From: Selaginella moellendorffii
Taxonomy: Eukaryota > Plantae > Lycopodiophyta
NCBI RefSeq assembly: GCF_000143415.4
Contig: NW_003314272.1
Location: 1,744,374 to 1,808,373, forward strand
Reading direction: 5' to 3'
Length of the DNA stretch: 64,000 bases
Shown here: one piece after another, positions 10,850 through 21,487 of the stretch
Numbering within the stretch: position 1 is the first letter of the stretch
Layout of the letters: every line of letters starts with the position of its first letter
Position numbers and translations under genes: made by a program
Notes under the pieces: model-generated
What the model was told of the DNA's origin: nothing
Databases searched by the model: none
What the model saw: the letters and a program-made list of their open reading frames with translations, nothing else

Positions 10850-11340
10850 CCCTCTCAGACTCGGACTCGGACTCGGACTCGGACTCGGACTCGGGCTCGG
10901 GCTCGGTCTCAGCCTTGGCCTCGGTCTCGGTCTCGGTCCCAGTCTTGGTCCCGGTCTCGGTCTCGGTCCCGGTCTCGGTCTCGACCTCGGACTCCATCTC
11001 GGGTCCTTCTCGGACTCCATCTCGGACTCCATCTCGGACTCCGTCTCGGTCCATTTCGGACTCCATCTCGGACTCCATCTCGGTCCATCTCGGACTCCAT
11101 CTCGGGTCCATCTCAGACTCCATCTCGGTCCACCTCGGACTCCACCTCGGACTCCATCTCAGGTCCATCTTGGACTCCATCTCGGACTCCATCTCGGGTC
11201 CATCTCGGAGTCCGTCTCGGTCCACCTCGGACTCCACTTCGGGTCCATCTCGGACTCCATATCGGACTCCACTTCGGACTCTACTTCGAACTCCATATTG
11301 GACTCCACTTCGGGTCCATCTCGGACTCCATCTCGGACAC
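10850..11340. repeat. Tandem minisatellite inside family B LTR: (CTCGGA/CTCGGT)n followed by ~11-12-bp CTCGGACTCCAT/CTCGGGTCCAT units
   Basis: Directly visible; recurs at 16760-17080, 31190-31330, 31560-32110 and 33111-33600. Confidence 0.9.
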
Positions 11341-14300
11341 TTCCACATGTCATGTGTTGGTCCCTTTTGGGTCCCTTTTTGGAGCCTTGCTTATTGCTTG
11401 CTTCGTGCTCGCTCCTTGAGCACTTTGTTGGGAGTTCCACTCCCGCTCTCGACCTTCCAAGTCAGAGCTTTTAGTTCAAATGTGTTACACTCGTTTGGGC
11501 TTTCGCTTCGGCCACTACCACGTGGCACCCTTTCCGGCTCCACTTTGGGGCCTAGGGATTTTGTGTCTCACAACTCCACCACCCATAGACGAAGTTCGAT
11601 GTCCTCATCGAACAGTAAACCCTTTTATAAAGTAACACCCGCATGTGTTACCATTTCCATCCTTGGCACCTAGCCAATGTTTGTCAATGGTTTGACATTG
11701 AAGGCTCACCATGCCTTCTCCATATTCGTCAATGGTTTGACACCAAAGGCTCACCATGCTTTGCCCATCCTCTAAGGAGGATAGTCTCTCCAACTTAGAG
11801 ACTCACTTGACCACCTAGGGTGGTTTGCTCCTTTTTATTGGTTCAGTTCTCGCCAAACCTGTTAAAGACACCCTCTCTAACTCAATTCCACTACTCATTC
11901 TTGAGTAGTCACAGATTCCATTGATCTACCTTTGCACTTTGGAACGTTTACTTTTGACTTTTTGGAGCAATTTCCTAGGTGTCTCTGACTCCTTGCCTTG
12001 CACATTTTGTGCAACTCCACTTCCCCTCCTAGGAAGTTCTCTACTCGAGGGCACCCTCATCCTCTTTTCTATTTTTGCGCCACCATTGGCATTACGTTCC
12101 ATTTATCATTATTTGTGCTAGGGCTGTCCACGGCCCTATCTTTTGGCTACTTAGTTGCTCCCTCACTTGGAGCCTTTCCTTTGCCAAATTGGAGCACTTG
12201 GGAATCCATCCTTGGAAGTCCACTTCTTTTTCCGCAATCCGTTAGCACCAAACACATTAGTGTTCTTTGGCTAACTTTGCCACTTGGATTCTTTCCAATG
12301 GATTCCACGGCCCTATCTTGGGCACTTGTCTTTTGGTCCTATCCTTGGATTGTTGTACCAAGCAACATAGGATTGCTACCTCCATTTTTGAGGTTTCCTT
12401 TCGGTTCCATAGCAAACACTTTGCTTTGCCAAGTCCAGAGGGTGTTCACCCCTAGTACGTCTCTTTAACATTTTCTGTCGTGGGCTCTTTCCACGGCCCA
12501 ACTTTTTGAGACCCTCCCTTGGATCTTTTATAGAGACTACTTTCCTTGGACTTACTATGCCATAGCATTGACATAGCTCATTTCCCTTAGGTGTTCTTCC
12601 CACTTGGTCACCTCAACCAAGCCACACTTTTATCACTAGTTCAAATCAACACTTTGAACTAGGAATCATATTCCTTAACCCAAACAAAGACCTTGTCCTT
12701 GTTTAGCCACAAGATCACCTAGCGATCTCATCTTGACCCCTTAATAGGTCTAGCAATAGGAACTAGGTCTTCCAGACCCTTCTAAGTTGCTGACTATGAC
12801 CCCGGGGGCATCCCCCACACTTGGCGGTGTGCCCAAGCCAGCCCTTCCGGCCAAGGATCCATAGCAACTAAGACTGGGTGTCCCCATCTCATTCACCACG
12901 TCCTTGGTGCCCTTTGCACCAAAGTGTTCAAGTTAGATATGCCGAGCTTTCACTCTAAGCAATCTAACCGTGCATCACGACTCCGAGGCATCCCTCGCTT
13001 GGCGGTGTGCCCAAACCAGTCTCCACACTGAGAGTCCATGACCACCGAAAAATGAGTGTCCTCATATTCCAAACCATCACCACGCCCTAGTGAGTTGGGA
13101 CTTGAACCCAAGCACTAGAGGGTCGGGACTCGAACCCAACCTTCGTATATGCATCTACGGACGGCATCCCCTAGGATGCTTGGCGTGACTCTCCACGCCG
13201 GTGCACCAACTCAAAGCGCGCTATAGATCACAGCTTAGGAACCTAGTTCCTCCACACTGCCAAGTCCTCTCACTTGACAAATCTGTGATCATGCATGGAC
13301 TCCTCCATTTGAAGTTATCACCTTCAACTAGGGTATTTGTTCCCCTGACTTGCCAATCTCACTTGGCAAGTCTTCCGACCACTGTAACATGGTTCCTCCA
13401 CAAGCGTGAAAGCCCTTGATCATCGACTTTCATTCAAAGCCCTCTCTTTGAACACTCAAGAACTATTTCCCTAACCTTAATAGCCTTGCCTCATGGCAAG
13501 CTTCAAGACCACGCTTCTGCTGTGCCACTCTGATTTCACGCTTTCCTTGAACCATTTACGCTTGGCCTTTCTAGGTACTAAGCTACCTAGAATCGTCTTT
13601 GGGAACCTTGAAGGAACTCTGTCCCTTAGCTTGCTAAAGCTTCCCTTTTCGCAAGCTTTCTAGTTGCCATATAGTCTAATATGGACTATTCCATATTTTA
13701 AACTCTCCATGGCATCACGGTTGCTAGCAACAACACCCTCGAACCCCCACTTGATTCTCCACTCCCAGCTGGCATAACCAACCTTGGTTATACCCTTCAA
13801 TTCCTATGGTTCGGTTCTACCCCCTTACTTCTTGCTTTTGGCTTCACACCTTTCCTTTGGTCATTCTCCTCCAGACCAGGAGGATAGCTTTGCACTTTCT
13901 ATCATGCCTTAGCAAGTATTCTTTGGGATAAACCTACCCGATAGCCTAGGGAGTGGTTCCTCATTCCAGGTATGCTCACCCTATAATCCCACACACCGAG
14001 ATTACGTTGTTGTTTATGGGCCTTTACATGCCCATCGCTAGCCTTGCCAAAATTCCATTTTTGGCTTTGTCCAATTCGAGTAGACAGTCTTCTCCTGTCT
14101 CCGCCACCTTGGACATTTGGATAGCACCTTCTATCCATCATTCGCTAGGGACTTAGTCCCTTGGGCCTTATCTATTGCCCTCGCGATATCAAACACCACC
14201 TTCTGGTGTTCTAGAGTGTTCGGGTGTCCCAATGACGGCTTCCTTGACAATGAGTATTTCCTTTCATGACATTGACTTACTATATCGTAACATAAGCAAC

Positions 14301-16508
14301 TTATCCCCCGTAAGGGTATATCCAACTTTCTTATGCCATTAAGAAGGCTTGGGTAGCTACCTTCTACCCGTTTAACCAATTATTTTGCACCTCTTGCTCA
14401 GTTGCCTCATAGTTGTCAAGTCCTACAACTCATTGTTGGTGCTTCCACACCTCCATCATTATCTGGGTCACCACACTCCAACTGCATACTCTGCAACTTA
14501 GGCTATGCCATTCCCATTTCCATTGGGATTCCTTTGGCAAGGGGTTCTCATGAACCCACCAACATAGCCTCAAGGTATCACACCTTGGCACATTTGGTGT
14601 CTCCACACCATCAGCTCCACGAGCCTACCTCTATGACACTTCTTCTTTGTGTCTAAGTCTTTGCCAAGACCAATACCACTCTTTCTCATGCCAACCATCC
14701 ATTAGCACTGCACCATAGAGGTCACACACAACTTTGTTTCAAAGTTGTTTTCTTTTGGGAACACCCTTCCCACGACTTTAGCATGGCACATTTTGCCATC
14801 GATGAGATACCCTCTGTTCTCATCCTTGGATCCTATGATCCCCCCCATCCTTCGTGGGGTACCATACACCTTAGTCCAAATGCTTCCATCAATCCTTTAG
14901 GATTATTCCTTGACTCTATTGGAGTCATCCAGCTTTTTGGACTTTGTCATCCGACGACCCATGAGGTCCTATCTTTGAGGTGCCAGCTCACTGGAATACA
15001 ACTTCTTGTATTCAGGTCCTACTCACAAGGACCATCTTTGCAAGTGTTACTCTGACACTTGATTTGTTCTCTTGGGGCAACCTTTTGCCTCTTAGGACCA
15101 TTTGTCCATGTGATGAGAATACCAACTCATCCTCTAAGTACATCCCCAACTCCTTAGGTTGTTCTAGCATTTATCAAGGGTAACCTCAGCTACCATTTCG
15201 AGGACTTGTGTCCTCTCCTATATTTGACCTCCCATGGTCATCAATTCCGGTCTCAAAGTTATGAACACCGGCCTCAACTATATGAGGGTAATCTTGTGAC
15301 TCCTTTATTATTTTGGAGTTTACATCTTTCCCGTGATCCCAACTATAGTTGTTTATCACAACTACATTAGCCCGTTTGCTGCGTCAAACGCTCATTTGGA
15401 TTACATCCTCAGCTCTCTGAGGAGACCTTATACTGTTCCCAAGATCCCAAAGTCGTTCCATTATTGGCCCTTTTCTATCCACCACATTGTGCCCAAGTTC
15501 TCGCATGAACTTGAGTGGAGAGCCATGTCCTCTCGACATGCTACTCCTCCAGGATAAGCCCACTCCTAGGACCTCCCGATGCCAACATCAATGGTGATAT
15601 ACTTGAGCACCAATAAAAGTCAGACTAAGAAACAGCTCCGATACCAAGTTGTAAGTGACTAAATTTTCCATTCTACTTTAGTCACTTAACCACACCTCTG
15701 ACCACTTGGAGGAGTCTCATTCACAACCTCCATCAGTCCAATTCAGGACTTGGGACTTGCTAGCCCTAAGAATGGCATCCATGCCACTCAACACTTGCAC
15801 CTGGTCCAAGTGCTCCACGTGTCCGGTCCCAAGACCGACACCCAAAGGTACCACTAACATCTCGGCCCGTTACGCTAAGGCCATGCCCATTCACCTTTAC
15901 TGCACTAGTGGTCCAATACCACTTGCATCACCATCCCGTCTCTCCAAGACTGGGCCATCTGTCCACGAGTGGTCATCCTAGATCCACTCCTTAGCATCCT
16001 TAGGATGCCCACAGACCTGGGGAATCGCCTTCCCCAAAGTCCCTTTTGTCAGTTCCTACCAAGTCCCTTCCTGCCCCTGGCCGTGTTTGCTAACACTGCC
16101 ACTGGATCGAGGCCCACAGGCCCGACCACTAAGTCCCACGGTCCTCTGGGACTTCCTCACCACACGACTGTGTCCTTGGTCACTACCCCAGGGGACTGCT
16201 CCTCTTCCTTTCCACAGTCTGGGCCTTTGGGACAACATTTCGGAACACCGTGGCCTTACGCGAGCCACCTAGGTACTCTCCCCGCCTTTCGCCTTTAGGT
16301 GCTCTAGCCATGGGCTTAGAGCGGGGTTCCGTTGAGCCACGTCTGGTATCCAAGTAGGTAGTGCCACCCACACTTGGACTGGGAGCATCGGCCAGTCGAT
16401 CTCCCGGGGGAACTAGAGCCGGCTCTTGAACACTTCACCAAGCTACCCCGCTTGTCGGTCCGTATTCACTCTAGTCTTGGACTTCCCAGTGGGCAGCTCA
16501 TCACCCAA

Positions 16509-16757
16509 NNNNNNNNNNNNNNNNNNNNNNNNNNNNNNNNNNNNNNNNNNNNNNNNNNNNNNNNNNNNNNNNNNNNNNNNNNNNNNNNNNNNNNNNNNNN
16601 NNNNNNNNNNNNNNNNNNNNNNNNNNNNNNNNNNNNNNNNNNNNNNNNNNNNNNNNNNNNNNNNNNNNNNNNNNNNNNNNNNNNNNNNNNNNNNNNNNNN
16701 NNNNNNNNNNNNNNNNNNNNNNNNNNNNNNNNNNNNNNNNNNNNNNNNNNNNNNNNN
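16509..16757. other. Assembly gap (N run) inside family B 5' LTR
   Basis: Run of N. Confidence 1.
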
Positions 16758-18164
16758 CGGTCCCGGTCTTGGTCTCGGTCTCGGTCTCGATCTCGGACTC
16801 GACTTCGGGCTCCTTCTCGGACTCCATCAAGGACTGCCATCTCGGGTCCATCTCGGACTCCATCTCAGTCCACCTCGGACTCCACCTCGGACTCCATCTC
16901 AGGTCCATCTCGGACTCCATCTCGGACTCCATCTCGGGTCCATCTCGGAGTCCGTCTCGGTCCACCTCGGACTCCACTTCGGGTCCATCTCAGACTCCAT
17001 ATCGGACTCCACTTCGGACTCCACTTCGGACTCCATATCAGACTCCACTTCGGGTCCATCTCGGACTCCATCTCGGACACTTCCACATGTCATGTGTTGG
17101 TCCCTTTTGGGTCCCTTTTTGGAGCCTTGCTTATTGCTTGCTTCGTGCTCGCTCCTTGAGCACTTTGTTGGGAGTTCCACTCCCGCTCTCGACCTTCCAA
17201 GTTAGAGCTTTTAGTCCAAACGTGTTACACTCGTTTGGGCTTTCGCTTCGGCCACTACCACGTGGCACCCTTTCCGGCTCCACTTTGGGGCCTAGGGATT
17301 TTGTGTCTCACAGTAAACTGGTAAATTGGAAAAGAAAAATTTATAATTTACAATAAGTTCACATAAAACACAAAATGCATCTTCTCTATTTCCTAAAAAA
17401 GTTAAAAGTGGTGAGCCACCTTTGATGGCTAATAAGACTGGCCTCCACATTATTCCAAAGTTTTATATTTTTGTTGTGCTTTACTTTCAACATGGCATTC
17501 TTGTTGAAGATCTTAGATTCAATGCTTGTGTAGCTGCTCCTCTTCCTTGGCATGCTTGGAATTTTACAAAACTAAGATGCTATTGTCAAGAATGGAAATT
17601 GGAAATACAAACCACGATTTCCAAGTCACTCTTGATGCACACTTATTCTTGAAGCAATCAAGGGACAAAGAGCCAGGCAAGAAAAGACTTGAAATATCAC
17701 CTGCCATGAGCTTTAGATGTGTCATCCACTGACCTGGATCCTCACTGCCGCCACCTTGTGATCAGCTTGCTAGCACTCTCACGGCTGTAAGCAAAGCCAT
17801 GACTATAACCCTAGAAGAAATGTCTTCCTCCCACTGCTGCTATGCTCCTCCCGCTGCCCAAACTAGTAGATTGCCAAGGTGGCGTGGCTAGAGGAAGAAG
17901 GTATATCTGTTATCTTTGGAGTTAAGGATGTAAAATGTGTGTGATGGTGATCTTTCGTTTGAGATTACATGCTTAGACATTCCCACTAGTTCTATTAATG
18001 TGTTTGAATTTCTGGGCAAATTCTAGTTTAATTATAAAAATTTCACTTCCAGTGCTGACAAGGTATGTGTATGGTGAGGAAGAATATCTGAGGTAATTCA
18101 TGGTCGTTTATTATTTCCTGACTTATTCACAGTTGTCACAGCAAGGATACAAATCGTGGGCAGT

Positions 18165-20057
18165 ATGAGCTGAGAGGTGACAGAGACAGGGTTTTGCAGC
18201 ACAGAGAGTAGAGACCAGGTGTCGCGGCACAGAGAAGATCATCGTCATTCCGGGCACAGCCGTTCTCGCGGTGATCAGTATGGCGACACTTACGAGCATA
18301 CACGTTATGGAAGTAGCAGTAGAAGTAGTGTGCGATCGGAAGGTTTTAGACCCCAGCATTCTCTTGAGAGAGAGAGGGCAGATTCAGAAGAAGATTTCAG
18401 TAGATCGCTGCCTAAGGGGACAAAATTCGTTTGCTTCCACGAGATTCTCAATTACTATGTCAAGCCTGACGTGAGTACACTTGCCATCGATCTAGAGCAA
18501 GGAAAGTACTGTGTTCTCACCAGCGTGAGGCAGAGCGGAAAAATGACAACGGCTCTTTATGCACGGCGCCTTCCAGAAGAGAAGTTCTGCTGCATCTATG
18601 TGAGTTTTCTGCGGCAGATTGTAGATCCACAGCTTACTGATAGCGATCGCTGGGACATGGCTGTGGAGTTTCTGCGTTCGAGTGGGGACCTTGAGCCGGG
18701 TCCAACTATGACTTTTGGCTCCAGTAAGTTTATGATTCTCATCTTTGACGAGTTGAACGTTTTTTCGAAGCTGTCTGAAGATTTCAAGCAATCGTTTCTC
18801 GCCACAGTGCGGAACTTGAAGCAGGACCGGTACAAGAATCGGCTGCTCTCGGTCTTAGCTATTGGCACAGATTCGTTGCTGTTGGAGCTGAAACTTGCCC
18901 GTCGAAAGAGAATCCAAGGGGCTCCTCCCGGTTTCTATCTTCCCTCGCCGGGCGCTGAAACTCTCCGTTTTCGGACGAGTTCCGAATGGCTTCCACCGGC
19001 TTTACACTGTCAGACATGCTGTGGCAGTACGAGAAGGATACATTCATCTCAGTTGATAGGGAAGCTATAGCTGCATCGATGCTGGAATTGACGTCGGGAC
19101 ACAAGGGACTGGTAGACGCATGCTGTGACTTGCTGCACCAAGAGTTCATCGACAAGAGCACGAGGACTCTTGAAATGTGGTTGTAACTGCGCAAGGACAA
19201 ACTCATTGGCAGGATTTTCGTCAAGGCTACGTACTATGCTATTATCTGCGCCTGCAAGGCTCTTGAGCCCCGTGGAAAGGAGCTGCTCTTGTTGCTATTG
19301 AGAGCCGGTGGCAACGTCAAAGTCCCCTACGATGAAACTGTGGAACTTCTGCTGTCTGAAGGTGTGGTGGTTGATACAAATCCGGATGGCGTGCTCTGTG
19401 ACTTGAAGTTCTCGTCTCTGCTGCTCATGTCTACTCTACTCTATGGTCTTTATGTTCGTCTAAGCCATAGCGTGGAAGCAAGTCCACGTCCACCAAGGTT
19501 GGATCACGCTTGGGTGATCGGCAGGACCATTGAAAGGCTGGACCGGAGCATTTTTGAAAGAGCGGAGTCACAGAATGCGGATTCGCTTGCTTCGGAGTAC
19601 AGTATCCAGTTCGAAATGTTTTGTCAAACTGAAGGCAGTTTTGTTGGGGACGTATCCCCATCAGAACTGGATTGTGATACTGGAGCCGAAAACGAAAGAC
19701 GATAAGAGGAGTCGCTTGGATATATTTGTCAAAGACGGTGTCAGGAACAGATGGTTTGCGTTAGAGCTTCTGAGGCAAGGGACTCTAAAAAGCTTGGAAG
19801 AGCACTGGGAGAAATCCGAGATGTATGCGAAGATGCACTCCTGTGTGGTCTACATGCTCAACTTTATCCTGGACGGACGGCCTGCTGTCAAGGACTTCAA
19901 ACCGTCGCCAAAGGAGGAAGTCATCTTCTACAATGTGTGGTTGTCCTCGGAGGATGCAAAGATGGTTGGAAATTATGCTTGCGATGGTTGGCAGGACAGC
20001 CGGTCGCTGAACCTGACGGAGGGAGTGAACAGGAGTGAGCTCCTTTTCTCTCCATAA
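18165..20057 (+). pseudogene. Crinkler/RHS-like P-loop NTPase + PD-(D/E)XK nuclease gene, disrupted
   Basis: Walker A-like SVRQSGKMT, Walker B ILIFDE, T-GH-GLV motif, C-terminal SEYSIQFE...RLDIFV...FALELL; in-frame TAA at 19184-19186 and frameshifts near 18960 and 19620. Confidence 0.7.
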
Positions 20058-20559
20058 ATCTGGCCGGGGAAGTTGGTGTCGCGGCGCCGTTGGAGCTCGA
20101 CTCGGAACCGTGACAGCGTCGTCTTGGCGGCGAACACTGCGCTATCGTGGGAGCTGGCGTTTGGCGATGCCCGGGGCTTCATTGGAGCCTCTTTCTCCTC
20201 TTTTTTCTTTTTCCTCGATCAAGTACTTTCGTCTTTTAAGTTTTTACAGTTCTCGACAGGATCCTGTTCCACTGCCTCGCAAACCTGCTTAAAATATCTA
20301 AGCTCCAGGAGCGGAGATTTCGATGCGCAGAAGCGATGACACACCATACAGCCGTGGATAGTGCTCCCCAAACAAACGACAGTTTGTCATGTAAGGTGCT
20401 AGCAGCTTGTTTGCACTTGTGAGATCTCTCGCAGCTTCATCCCGGACACCCTGTAACATCCTCGGCCCAGCTCGTCGAGAGGCGACAAGAGCAGCTCCAG
20501 TGGGTCTCTCGCGGGATCAGCCTGGAAACCGGAGAAAGGCTCCCAACGAAGATGTCGAC

Positions 20560-21100
20560 GCAGCTCTCCTCGAAGGAAAAAAAAGTGGTCAACGAGAGTT
20601 GACCAGGTCAAGCCCCGGCGGAGTGGCTCCAGCGACCTCTGGAAGGTACTGTAGCGCGAGAGATCGGAAGAAGTGGCCCAACCAGGAAGCTCGGCTCGTT
20701 CTTGGCGGTGACCGAGAGGAAGCTCGGGATGGGTCTTGAGCGTCGCCGCCACCACCACTCCTCCGAGTGCCCAGAAGGGATCCCGGCACTCGTTCGCGGC
20801 CGCGAGCTCTCCGTTGGTCGTCACCACCTCGTACAAGAGAAAGTTGTCCGCCGAGAGGCCGAAAGCCGGAGAGATTGGGCTGCGCCCCGCGGCTTGGGTG
20901 TATCCTCTAGCAGCTCCCACGGAGGAGGCCTTCCGCTCGAAGGTCTGAAGGTCTGCGAGTAGAGCTCCTCGAGGCATCGATCTGGAACGAAGCTGTCGTG
21001 GAAGCTGATGTTCTTGAGGTGGCCGTGCTCCGCCCGTAGGCCCACTACAGCAAACAAGCCTGCAAGCAAGCGCAAGAGAAATGGAGCTATCCCCTGGCGA
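20560..21100 (-). pseudogene. Fragment of FAD-linked oxidoreductase (BBE/VAO superfamily, fungal-like motifs)
   Basis: HLKNISFHDSFVP; VGAARGYTQAAGRSPISPAFGLSADNFLLYEVVTTNGELAAANEC..FWALGG..TLKTHP; pieces lie in different frames with deletions. Confidence 0.65.
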
Positions 21101-21487
21101 GCACTGCCTCCCACGAACTGGGAAGCAAGCGGAACCAGCGAGCGCTGCTTGATCGCCTCCCTGCTCGCGAGGCTCCAATCTACGCAGCCAAAATCACGAC
21201 TCACTCCCACGTCCGCCGTGAGCTTCGCCTCCAGGCACAAGCTGAGGCTCGTGGTCAGCACGACTATGATCATGGCAAGGTAGATTGCACGCTTGGGGAT
21301 CCGGCCAGCACTTGTCAACAGCGGTATAGCGGCAATCGAGATGGAGTTAGTGATCGCCACCATAACAGAAGCGTGGACATCTTTTGTGACTCGACTAGTA
21401 TAAAGTGTTCTTGAAGCATGGGACTCTTAACATGCCACCTTATAAGACGACTCGAGAACTTTTCTCCATCAAACCAAACCTTGTAAT

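Larger units (their letters stand above)
9857..17312 (-). mobile_element. Large non-autonomous (LARD-like) LTR element, family B; LTRs 9857-11572 and 15650-17312
   Basis: TSD GTAAA (9852-9856 / 17313-17317); TGTAAG...CTCACA ends; PBS TGGTATCGGAGC at 15635-15646; PPT at 11573-11585; ~4-kb interior without a long ORF. Confidence 0.92.
8718..17352 (+). mobile_element. Degenerate family A 3' UTR + PPT + LTR (LTR 8946-9856 and 17318-17352), split by a family B insertion
   Basis: Reverse-complement similarity to 139-1510 with many C->T/G->A changes; the LTR resumes after the GTAAA TSD and ends ...TTTACA at 17352. Confidence 0.85.

Noticed and set aside
10850-11340. CRISPR-like array
   Set aside because: Contiguous tandem units without unique spacers, in a eukaryotic LTR context, with no cas genes.
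10581-11673. Long ORFs on both strands with GLGLGL / SDSISD / ESEMESE repeats (also 922-1236, 16374-17356, 31174-32387, 33193-33976)
   Set aside because: They are by-products of stop-free LTR minisatellites, open in several frames at once.
16374-17205. ORFs spanning X runs
   Set aside because: Artefacts of the N gap at 16509-16757.
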